Below are positions 17,534 through 26,134 of a stretch of DNA of 64,000 bases, in pieces (positions within the stretch are counted from its first letter, which is position 1; each line of letters starts with the position of its first letter). Source of the stretch: Fimbriimonadales bacterium (GTDB lineage: Bacteria; Armatimonadota; Fimbriimonadia; Fimbriimonadales; JABRVX01); NCBI GenBank assembly GCA_045862955.1, contig BTVI01000014.1, positions 12,992 through 76,991 of the forward strand. The letters run 5' to 3'. The notes beneath the pieces are model-generated. The model had not been told where the DNA came from. It saw nothing but the letters and a program-made list of their open reading frames with translations, and did no database searches. A program made the position numbers and the translations under genes.

Positions 17534-20131
17534 GTGAGACAAGGCTGGCTCATTCTCATAGTAATCGTCTTACTCGGTCTGTCGGTGTGGTCCGTGCTGA
17601 CACAGCAGCCGAGGCTCGGCCTCGACGTCCGTGGAGGCTACAGGGTAATCCTCCAAGCGGACCTGAGCAAGCTGAAGCCGGAGGAACGTAACCTCTGGCC
17701 CGAGAAGCGGCAAACCGTGCGGGAGATTCTCGTAAAGCGCCTTACTGGACCCTTCGGTGCAGCAGACGCCACCGTCGCCACGAAAGGGCTGGACCAGTTC
17801 ACCGTCGAGATCCCCGGTGTCACCAACCCCGACGAGGTTACGGAAATCCTCTCGAAGACTGCGCGACTCGAGTTCTGGCATGCCCTCAACGTCCAAACCG
17901 AGAAGGATACGAACCGACCTTACAAGGCTGAGCACAGTGAAAGCGCCGAGGGCGCCGAGGTCTGGAGCTTCCGCGACACGACCGCACCCGAGGGCGATGA
18001 GACAGCGGTCATCAAGTCGGGAACGCCGGAATTCAAGCGGATGATCGCGGAGGAGTGGGAGCTCATCCTGGACGGCTCCATGCTCAAGCGAGCAAAGTCC
18101 CAGAGTACAGGGACCGGCGCCTTCTATGTGGCCCTAGAGTTCAACCGCGAGGGCACGGAGAAACTTGCCGAGTTCTCCAGGAAAGTGGAGGGGCGCGGCG
18201 AGTACCTCGCCATCGTCTTGGACGGAGATGTGATCTCGTTCCCCGTCATGCGCGCCGTGATTACGAATGGCCAGGCGGTCATCGAGGGTGGCAACATGAC
18301 CGGCAAGGACGCGATACGCCTAGCGACCCTGCTCCAGGCCGGCGCCCTCCCCGTAGACCTCACTCAGGTGTACATGCAGCGAGTGGAACCAACCATTGGT
18401 AGCCAGGCACTGGACATGATCATTCGTGCAGGCATCGTTGGTTTCGCGTTGGTTTCGCTGTTCATGATGCTCTATTACTTGGTGCCTGGCATTCTGGCGG
18501 TGGTAGCCCTCCTCTGCTACTCCCTCTTCTGCTATGCCGTGTTTGTCGGGATGGGGGTCACCTTCTCGCTTCCCGGAATCGCCGGGTTCCTGCTCTCGAT
18601 TGGAATGGCAGTGGACGCAAACGTGCTCATCTTCGAGCGCATGAAAGAGGAACTCCGCAACGGGAAAACGCTCCTGGCTGCTATAGACGCTGGGTTTAAA
18701 CGAGCCTTTCCGGCCATTCTCGACTCCAACGTGTGCACCATCATCACCTGTGTGGTGCTGTACAACCTCGGCACGGGACCGGTGAAGGGCTTCGCGGCGA
18801 CCCTCGGGGTAGGTGTTGCAATCAGTCTCTTCACCGCCATCACTCTGACCCGCATGTTGCTCTATCTGTTGGTCGGCGCAGGGGTCAACAAGCCTTCGCT
18901 GTTCGCGCTTGGTAGGCAGTGGTTCGGCCGGGAGAACATGAGGGTCATCAGCCGCATGGCGGTCTACTTCACCATCAGCGGTGCGATACTCATTCCGGGC
19001 CTGGTGTTCCTCTTCTTGGGTGGACTGAAGCCTAACATCGAGTTCGGCTCTGGAACTGAGGTCATCTACTCGGTGCCGGGCGGTGTCAAGGAGACCAACC
19101 GCCAGATCCAAGAGCAACTGGCAGCTGCAGGGTTGGAGGGAGCTTCTGTCCAGCTTGCCGCCGGTGGCAAACAGGTCATCATCCGCTTGAAAGAGCTGAA
19201 GCAGTACAGGGTCTTGGACAATATGACCCAGCTCCAGCAGCGCGAGAAGATCGCCTCGGTTCTTGCTCCCGCCGGGGTGGATGCACGCCTCATCGAAGTC
19301 AAAGAGAAGAACCCGGATGGTACCGAAACCATCGTGAAGAAGCCTGCCAGCGAGGAGAGTTTCTCGCAGGTTGGTAAGATCATCAGTGACGAGACGCTCA
19401 AGAACGCCATCTTGGCCCTCGTTATCTCTATCGCCCTTATCCTGTTCTACCTCTCCATCCGATTCGCCATCGAAGGCGGCTGGAGCGGCGTGAAGTTCGG
19501 CACAGCAGCGCTGATTGCCACGATCCACGACGTCGGCGTGCTGGTCGGCTGCTCCGCGATCTTCGGCTACTTCCTGAACTGGGAGATCAGTTCGCTGTTC
19601 ATCACGGCGTTGCTTACCATCATCGGTTTCTCGGTGCACGACACGATCGTCATCTTCGACCGAATCCGAGAGAACCTACTGCATAAGAAGCGCGGTGAGA
19701 CGTTCGAGAGCTTAGTAGACCGCTCCATCAGTCAGTCGTTCGCACGTTCGATCAACACGAGCCTTACAGTCGTACTGATGCTGGCGGCGCTATTCTTCAT
19801 CGGCAGTGCTATGCCAGACCTGCGGCACTTCCACGCCATCATGTTGATCGGCGTCATTTCCGGAACGTATAGCTCTATCTTCAATGCATCCCCGATCCTG
19901 GTGCTGATCGAGCGGTTCTCGCATCGCATGGGGGCGCAGACCCTCGAGGCTGCTGTCAAAGAGCGCGAGCGCGCCGCCCCAGCCGCAAAGACCACCGTAG
20001 TTGCACCGGATGGTGACGCAGCATTCGGGCAGACGGGACGTGTGACGTCTGAGCCTGCGAAGCCGCCCCATGGGGCAGACGACAGGCCATCCGCCCGGCC
20101 GAAGTCGAAGAAGCCGAAACGTCGCTTCTAG
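17534..20131 (+). CDS. secDF: Protein translocase subunit SecDF (fused)
   Basis: LGLDVRGG, GMAVDANVLIFER and ILDSN (SecD); IEFGSG, HDV, IGFSVHDTIVIFDRIREN, RSINTS and GTYSSIF (SecF). Confidence 0.97.
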   Translation: MRQGWLILIVIVLLGLSVWSVLTQQPRLGLDVRGGYRVILQADLSKLKPEERNLWPEKRQTVREILVKRLTGPFGAADATVATKGLDQFTVEIPGVTNPDEVTEILSKTARLEFWHALNVQTEKDTNRPYKAEHSESAEGAEVWSFRDTTAPEGDETAVIKSGTPEFKRMIAEEWELILDGSMLKRAKSQSTGTGAFYVALEFNREGTEKLAEFSRKVEGRGEYLAIVLDGDVISFPVMRAVITNGQAVIEGGNMTGKDAIRLATLLQAGALPVDLTQVYMQRVEPTIGSQALDMIIRAGIVGFALVSLFMMLYYLVPGILAVVALLCYSLFCYAVFVGMGVTFSLPGIAGFLLSIGMAVDANVLIFERMKEELRNGKTLLAAIDAGFKRAFPAILDSNVCTIITCVVLYNLGTGPVKGFAATLGVGVAISLFTAITLTRMLLYLLVGAGVNKPSLFALGRQWFGRENMRVISRMAVYFTISGAILIPGLVFLFLGGLKPNIEFGSGTEVIYSVPGGVKETNRQIQEQLAAAGLEGASVQLAAGGKQVIIRLKELKQYRVLDNMTQLQQREKIASVLAPAGVDARLIEVKEKNPDGTETIVKKPASEESFSQVGKIISDETLKNAILALVISIALILFYLSIRFAIEGGWSGVKFGTAALIATIHDVGVLVGCSAIFGYFLNWEISSLFITALLTIIGFSVHDTIVIFDRIRENLLHKKRGETFESLVDRSISQSFARSINTSLTVVLMLAALFFIGSAMPDLRHFHAIMLIGVISGTYSSIFNASPILVLIERFSHRMGAQTLEAAVKERERAAPAAKTTVVAPDGDAAFGQTGRVTSEPAKPPHGADDRPSARPKSKKPKRRF

Positions 20132-20140
20132 CTTCGCACA

Positions 20141-20170
20141 GATGCCTCCGCCTCGAGCGGCGGAGGCATC
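20141..20170. terminator. GC-rich hairpin after secDF (terminator or REP-like)
   Basis: GATGCCTCCGCC-tcgagc-GGCGGAGGCATC, perfect 12-bp stem, no clear U-tract. Confidence 0.6.
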
Positions 20171-20621
20171 CGCTTGCCAGCTTCCCTCGGACGACTTCAG
20201 ACTGGAGACACTGGGCACGGGTTTTCAGCGGCATCACGAACACTCTCTATGCCGGCCTACACTGCGACGGCTTCTCTGCGGAACGCTGCGTACTCCGCCG
20301 TGTGACTATAGAACAGCGTTGTGCGACGCAGGGCATCACCAGGCATGGATCCTCACGCAAGTTCGCAGAATACGTGTCGCCTGTCAATCCGGTCAGTACA
20401 GGGGGACCCGATAACCGTGTCCTCGCTCCATCTCTGCGACCTTCGCGTGAGCATACGGTCCCGACTTAGCGGGCCGCGTGTCCCACCGGGAAGCACATCG
20501 GCTCGACGGCGAGACTGCGCCCGGCACAGGCACAGATAGGCCCAAAGACCTAAATCCTTAGCCACGCTAACCAGGTCGGCAGCGGAATACTCGACTTTGT
20601 GGTAATCATTGTACAGGCGAC

Positions 20622-20635
20622 TGACCGGTCGGTCA
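20622..20635. promoter_or_regulatory. Palindromic TetR operator candidate
   Basis: TGACCG-GT-CGGTCA, 25 bp upstream of the TetR start; resembles the NemR-type TAGACC-N4-GGTCTA box. Confidence 0.65.
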
Positions 20636-20660
20636 AAGGTTAGGTCGGCTAAACAGAACG

Positions 20661-21317
20661 ATGAGCAAAGATTGCACAACCAGACAGGCCATTCTCGAGG
20701 CCGCTCTCGCTCTGATGAGTGAGAAGGGCTTCACGAACACGAGCATGGACGACATTCTCAACTCCAGTGGGGTGAAGAAGGGAAGTCTCTACCACTTCTT
20801 CGCCAGCAAGACGGAGCTCGGCCTCGCTGTGCTGGACCTGTACTGGGAGCGTGCCACCATCTGGTTAGACGACCAACTCGCGAGCCTGCCGGGAGGTCCA
20901 CTGGAGCGCATCCAGAGGTTTTTCGCCGGCGAGGGTTTCCCCGAGACGACCGGCAAGTTCACCGGCTGCCTCCTAGGCACGATTGTCGCCGAAATGTCTC
21001 TGATCGACGACCGGCTGAGCGGGCGAGCGCTCGAGCTGCTTAACCGGTTCGTGGATCGAATTGCAGAGGAGCTAGACAAGGCTGTTCGAGCCGGCGAGAT
21101 GAGTGCGGGTACGGACACGAAGTCCCTCGCGCGACAACTCGTCACTTACTTCGAGGGGGGATTGCTGATCGCCAAGGCGTGCCAGAACTCGCAAGCTCTG
21201 CGAGATCTGGCACCCGGCATCAGCGCGCTCATCCAGTCCGGCCGCAACGGAACGTGCGGCCCCAGGCCTGGCGATGGTGCAACGACCTTCGCCTACGAGA
21301 ATGTGAGGGAAACATAA
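20661..21317 (+). CDS. TetR/AcrR family regulator (NemR-like)
   Basis: TRQAILEAA..KGFTNTSMDDI..GVKKGSLYHFFASKTEL HTH; GCLLG motif. Confidence 0.93.
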   Translation: MSKDCTTRQAILEAALALMSEKGFTNTSMDDILNSSGVKKGSLYHFFASKTELGLAVLDLYWERATIWLDDQLASLPGGPLERIQRFFAGEGFPETTGKFTGCLLGTIVAEMSLIDDRLSGRALELLNRFVDRIAEELDKAVRAGEMSAGTDTKSLARQLVTYFEGGLLIAKACQNSQALRDLAPGISALIQSGRNGTCGPRPGDGATTFAYENVRET

Positions 21318-21907
21318 TGAACTTCACGTACGCAGGTTGCACGGAAGTTCAGGATGCGTTGGCGGATGCCAAGCGGACGGAATTCGAGCGGCTGATGAAG
21401 ACTTCGTGGCGCCGCGCTTATAACATGGCGTTTCAGCTCACCCGGAACCGATCGGATGCCGAGGACTTGGTCCAGGACACGTTCTTAAAGGCCTGGAAGG
21501 GATTCGCGTCGTTCCGGCCCGAGCGCCCGTTCATCAACTGGGTGTTGAGAATCATGCAGCGCGCGTTTCTCGACCTGCGCCGCCGAGACAACCCGGTGCG
21601 CACGGCCGAGAGCCTGAACGGTATGGTAAGCCCTTCCGACGGAGAGGTTCAGGAGCTACCGATCCCGGACCGGTCCCTCGGTCCCGAGGAAAGCTACTTG
21701 TCAGAGGAAGTTCGCCGCGAGGTGACGGAAGCTCTGGGGACGATCCCGGAAATCTACCGAGCAGCTGTGGTGCTGTGCGACATCGAAGGCTTGTCGTACG
21801 CCGAAATCGCCGAAGTACAGAACACCACCGTCGGAACGGTGCGATCGCGCATCTACCGGGGCAGGCAGATGCTCAAGAAGGAACTGGCACGGCGACAGAA
21901 GCAATAA
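21317..21907 (+). CDS. ECF sigma-70 factor
   Basis: DAEDLVQDTFLKAW (region 2); EGLSYAEIAEV..GTVRSRIYRGR (region 4). TAATG coupling with the TetR gene. Confidence 0.93.
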   Translation: MNFTYAGCTEVQDALADAKRTEFERLMKTSWRRAYNMAFQLTRNRSDAEDLVQDTFLKAWKGFASFRPERPFINWVLRIMQRAFLDLRRRDNPVRTAESLNGMVSPSDGEVQELPIPDRSLGPEESYLSEEVRREVTEALGTIPEIYRAAVVLCDIEGLSYAEIAEVQNTTVGTVRSRIYRGRQMLKKELARRQKQ

Positions 21908-22093
21908 GCGAAGACTTCTCTCTCCGCGCGGAGGCTGGGTCGGGGGTCCCAGTCTCCGCGCTCTCCCATACGAGGTGTCGCGGTCTGCATGTCCGGTGTG
22001 GGCTGGCCGACGAGTACCCACGAACGCACGAGCTGCGCATCAGGATCTCGCCGGGGTAAGGGAGACTATTGGCCACCGAAGAACCCGCAGCGA

Positions 22094-23797
22094 CTAGCTG
22101 GGCCCGCGTTGGAACGAGAACTCGGCTTCCGTCATCTCGGCGCGCCGCAGGGAGAAGCGCCCGGCGAGTCCGCTGCGAATGAGGTTCTCCACGATCTGCA
22201 GGCCAAGCCCACTCGCCTTCGACCCATCGAACCCGTCTGGGAGCGGCTCGCCGTCGTTACGCACCGTCACCGAAACCCTCTCATCCTGCACGGCAATGGC
22301 GACCTCGATCCGTCCCTCGCTGCGAGAACTGATTCCGTGTTGGAGTGCGTTCTGCACCAGCTCGTTCAGCACGAGCGCCACGTGGTTCGCCTGATTCATC
22401 GGCAGCAGGATGTCATCGCCTCCGACTTCCCAGTCAATCCGACACCCGGTCGGAGCGTAGCTCTGTAGAAGGTGCTGGATAATGGCCTCCGCGATCTTGC
22501 GGATATGGACGAACTCGAGGTCGTCCCGGGACAGCAAGTCGTGGACAGCGGCTATAGCTTGGATGCGGTTCAGGCTCTCATGGAGGTGCTCCGAGAGTCT
22601 GTCGTCGCTAACCTGTCTAAGCTGCATCCGCAGCAGGCTGGCAATCTGCTGTAAGTTGTTCTTTACGCGGTGATGCATCTCTTGCATCAGGGTGTTCCGT
22701 GCCGTCAGTCGAGCGTGGCTGACAGCAATGGCGGCCTGCCCCGCGAGAGTTTCCAGCGTGCGAATCTCGTCCTGCGTAAACTCGTGGTTGGAACCGGTGT
22801 AGCACGACAGCACCCCCAGTGCCTTGCCCGCCACCGTAAGAGGCACGCAGATGAGCGAGCGAACCCCCTGCTCCTTGGCTATTTCGGGGAACAGGTATTT
22901 GTCGCTGGTCTGCACGTCGGCAAGTGTCACCGTACGATTCTCTTTCACGGCAAGCCCGGCGATGCTCTGCCCGACGCGGATGCTCGGCTTGTTGAGGTAA
23001 GCGCGGCTAGTGGATTGCGAGGCGTGAAGGACGAGTTCCTGCGTGTCCTCGTTCAGTAGTCGGATGGTGACGACCTTGTAGTTCAGGTGGCGTGCGATCT
23101 CGGACACGAGCAGCTGCAGGATCTCCTCGAGATAGGCACTAGAGGTGATCATGCGACTGACCTGCGCCAGGGCTCGGAACTGGGAGGCTTGGTGCTCGAG
23201 ACGCGTCATCCGGTCCAGGTGCTCCACCGCCCCCGCCACCTGTCCAGCAACGCTGGCGAGCAACATCTCCTCTTCGCGTGAGTACTCGTGCGGCGCGCGC
23301 GTGCGAACGGTAATCACACCAATCACCTTCTCGCGCACCTCCAGCGGCACGGCCAAGAAGCTCTCGAACTCCTCCTCGTGCAGGATTGCGTAATACTTGG
23401 TGCGCGGGTCGGAATAGGCCCGTCGGCTGATGCCCACCGGCCTCCTTTCCAGAGCTACTCGACCCGTAATCCCCTCGCCGACGCGGATCCGCACCCGCTC
23501 GATGAGGGGCTGATTTTCCGTGCTCGCGCGGAGAACCAGCTCGCTCGCGTCCTCCGACAGCAGATAGATTTCGCAGACGTCGGTGTCGGTGACGCTGCGG
23601 CCGATTTCTGCAAGCCCTTGCAGCATCTCGTGCGAGCCGAACGCGGAACCCGTGGCCTCGCTGATTCGGCGCATGGCATCCAGCTCGGCCTCCTTGCGTA
23701 CGAGTTCTTGACGCAGGCTCGCGATCAGCTGATCCTTGCTGGCTCTGGGCCCAGCCTGCTTTCTAGCAGCCGAGGATTTTGCTTCCGACATGCCCAC
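22094..23797 (-). CDS. Cytoplasmic GAF-GAF sensor histidine kinase (HisKA_2, PdtaS/EutW-like)
   Basis: Two GAF repeats (VGEGITGRVA, VGQSIAGLAV); EMHHRVKNNLQ; NELVQNALQH; GLGLQIV. Confidence 0.92.
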   Translation of the reverse strand: MGMSEAKSSAARKQAGPRASKDQLIASLRQELVRKEAELDAMRRISEATGSAFGSHEMLQGLAEIGRSVTDTDVCEIYLLSEDASELVLRASTENQPLIERVRIRVGEGITGRVALERRPVGISRRAYSDPRTKYYAILHEEEFESFLAVPLEVREKVIGVITVRTRAPHEYSREEEMLLASVAGQVAGAVEHLDRMTRLEHQASQFRALAQVSRMITSSAYLEEILQLLVSEIARHLNYKVVTIRLLNEDTQELVLHASQSTSRAYLNKPSIRVGQSIAGLAVKENRTVTLADVQTSDKYLFPEIAKEQGVRSLICVPLTVAGKALGVLSCYTGSNHEFTQDEIRTLETLAGQAAIAVSHARLTARNTLMQEMHHRVKNNLQQIASLLRMQLRQVSDDRLSEHLHESLNRIQAIAAVHDLLSRDDLEFVHIRKIAEAIIQHLLQSYAPTGCRIDWEVGGDDILLPMNQANHVALVLNELVQNALQHGISSRSEGRIEVAIAVQDERVSVTVRNDGEPLPDGFDGSKASGLGLQIVENLIRSGLAGRFSLRRAEMTEAEFSFQRGPS

Positions 23798-25528
23798 TCA
23801 CAGCACCGGCGTCGCCTTACCCGGCCTTACCACGTTGCCGGCGGCGTGACTCCGTCGAACATCCGTCAGAGCACTCTTCGCCCGACGGCCGATGTGCTCC
23901 ACCCCGTCGTTCAAGCGAATGTACAGCCCATCGTCGCTCCAGCCTACAGCCTTGGGCTCGCCACCGGACAGCACAGACTGCACCACGTTGCATTCGATGA
24001 CCTGGGCACGCCGGTGGCGCGGTAGCTCCTGCTCGAACTGCGCCATCGTGCCTGGCGTGATACGAAACTCCTCCAGCGGTACGCGCTCGTCCGCGCGAAC
24101 GTAGATGGCACGTCGGTATTGGTGCTCGAGAGCCTCTACGTGCTCGCCGTCAGCGCCGATGAACCACTCCGCGACGTGAGGATGTGCCTCGACAAAGAGA
24201 GCGTCACCCGCTTCAGCCGCTTTCCGCCGCAGATCGCGTTCGAGCCAGAGCGAGACGGTCTCAGCGCTGTTAACTCGTCCGCGGCCGTGACACACCGAGC
24301 ACACGTCCGTAATCGCTTCCGTAACGGACTCGCCGGTTCGTTTTCGGGTCATCTCGATGAGACCGAGCGAACTGATTCGGCCTACCCGCGTGCGCGCTCG
24401 GTCCCGCTTCAATGCGCGAGTGAACGCGGCGAGCACAGTCTTCCGATCCTGCGCGCTGGACATGTCGATGAAGTCTATGACGATGATCCCTCCGAGGTCT
24501 CGCAGGCGAATCTGCCGCGTGACTTCCTGCACCGCCTCCAGATTGGCCTTCACGATGGTGTCGGCCAACGATGTCGAGCCAACCTGCTTACCGGTGTTCA
24601 CGTCAATCGCGGTGATGGCTTCCATTTCGTCCACGACTAGGTAACCGCCCGACTTCAGCCACACCTTGCGCCGCAGCAACCGCTCCATCTGGGCTTCGAT
24701 TCCGAAGTGGTCGAAGATAGGCTCGTCGCCGTCATAGAGCATGATACGATTGCGCACCTTAGGAGCCAATACCGATGCTATTTCGTGAATGGCCTCATAC
24801 TCCGCAGGGTCGTCCAGCACTAGGCGGTTCACATCCGCGCCGAACGCATCTCTCACTGTCCTGAGAAGAAGCGTGTCGTCCGAGTGGATGCGGGCAGGCG
24901 CTCGTTCTGTCCTGGCCCGCTCAGCCACCTGCAACCAAGTCTTTGCCAGGAAGGCCACGTCTGCGGTCAGTTCCTTCTCGGTCTTGCCCTCGCACTCCGT
25001 ACGCATGATCAGGCCGAAGCCTTCGGGGCACAACTTCTGCCCGATGCGGCGGAGGCGTTCGCGTTCCGCCCTGTCCTCGATCTTCCGTGACACGCCGAGG
25101 TGTGCGCTGTCGGGCATGAGCACCACGTAGCGGCCGGGTAGGGTGAGACGAGTGGAGACGCGGGCGCCTTTCGTGCCCCTCGGGCCCTTTATCACCTGCA
25201 CCAGTACCTCTTGGCCGGGTCGCAGCAAGTCCTTGATGTTCCTCTGTCTCAGCTCGGAGCGGCGAAGCGACGCAGGCGGTGCGTCCGTGCCGTCGTCGAG
25301 CAACACGTCTGCGACGTACAAAAAAGCGTTGCGCTCCAGCCCGATGTCCACGAACGCCGCATCCATGCCCTGAAGCACGTTCTGAACGATTCCTTTGTAG
25401 ATGCTGCCCACCACGCGCTCTTCTCGCTCCACTCTCAGCTCGACGAGCTGTCCGTCTTCTAAGGTGGCGATGCGCGTCTCGCGGGGGCTGACGTTGACAA
25501 TGATGTCTTTCGTTACCTTCTGCTCTAT
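23798..25528 (-). CDS. rng: Rne/Rng family ribonuclease (RNase G/E) with TRAM-like C-terminus; probable non-canonical start
   Basis: GSIYKGIV..AAFVDIG, VLVQVIKGPRGTKGAR, AIDVNTG, QIRLRDLGGIIVIDFIDM. The conserved KDIIVNVSPRETRIA segment lies upstream of the first GTG (25432). Confidence 0.93.
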   Translation of the reverse strand: MEQKVTKDIIVNVSPRETRIATLEDGQLVELRVEREERVVGSIYKGIVQNVLQGMDAAFVDIGLERNAFLYVADVLLDDGTDAPPASLRRSELRQRNIKDLLRPGQEVLVQVIKGPRGTKGARVSTRLTLPGRYVVLMPDSAHLGVSRKIEDRAERERLRRIGQKLCPEGFGLIMRTECEGKTEKELTADVAFLAKTWLQVAERARTERAPARIHSDDTLLLRTVRDAFGADVNRLVLDDPAEYEAIHEIASVLAPKVRNRIMLYDGDEPIFDHFGIEAQMERLLRRKVWLKSGGYLVVDEMEAITAIDVNTGKQVGSTSLADTIVKANLEAVQEVTRQIRLRDLGGIIVIDFIDMSSAQDRKTVLAAFTRALKRDRARTRVGRISSLGLIEMTRKRTGESVTEAITDVCSVCHGRGRVNSAETVSLWLERDLRRKAAEAGDALFVEAHPHVAEWFIGADGEHVEALEHQYRRAIYVRADERVPLEEFRITPGTMAQFEQELPRHRRAQVIECNVVQSVLSGGEPKAVGWSDDGLYIRLNDGVEHIGRRAKSALTDVRRSHAAGNVVRPGKATPVL

Positions 25529-25680
25529 GGAAGTTCACTCCTTAGGCCGAGCGCGGGGTCTGTGGCTACTGCAGGTTCGGGAAGCGTCGGCTGCGACGGA
25601 TAGCGGGACAGCGGCGCCGGGAGTGAAATCGCGCCCGAGACACTGCGGATGCCTTTGCGCCCGGCGTGCATTTCGCCCGT

Positions 25681-25689
25681 AGTATAGCA
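25681..25689 (-). promoter_or_regulatory. Extended -10 promoter candidate for rng, giving a ~150-nt leader
   Basis: Minus strand TGcTATACT. Confidence 0.45.
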
Positions 25690-25998
25690 CAGCCCGCCGG
25701 CCGATGGCCAGCGTGCCAAGCGATGAGGGGGCCCCGCCGAGCGGCGCACGCGCCCGACTGGCTGCCGCAACCGTGCGAACGGGTTGCGGTCGGGAGGCCG
25801 CCATGATCGCGGCGAGCATCCCCGGCAACCTGTCTTCCTGAATCTGTCCACCCACGAGCCCTCCCGGCTGGGGTGCTGTTGTTAGTCCTCGATAGGAAGG
25901 ACAATCGGTTGGGGGGTTAGCCGGTCCGTCCACGCCCGCTCCCTCGAAATAGCACTGCAACCGCCACGCAGCAGCCGAACGTTCGCGTATTCTGGCTG

Positions 25999-26024
25999 CA
26001 TGCTTCGACAAGCTCAGCGTGACG
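25999..26024. repeat. Single REP-like arm
   Basis: CATGCTTCGACAAGCTCAGCGTGACG, near-identical to CATGCTTCGACAGGCTCAGCATGACG at about 31612. Confidence 0.7.
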
Positions 26025-26134
26025 CTAGGGTGCTGCTACACGGGCTGCTTTCACCCTGTAGGCAGATGCGATGCAACGGAGGAGTAGAGCAATCTCGACA
26101 GGCTCGTGACGACGGGCTGGACGACTGGACCGTG

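Noticed and set aside
18320..19639. Long antisense ORFs (also 26762..27994, 29725..31086 and similar)
   Set aside because: Shadow ORFs opposite well-supported genes, expected at high GC, with no recognisable motifs.
25535..26011. ORFs between rng and the propeller gene
   Set aside because: Low-complexity Arg/Pro/Ala translations that start in a REP arm and overlap the likely rng promoter and leader.
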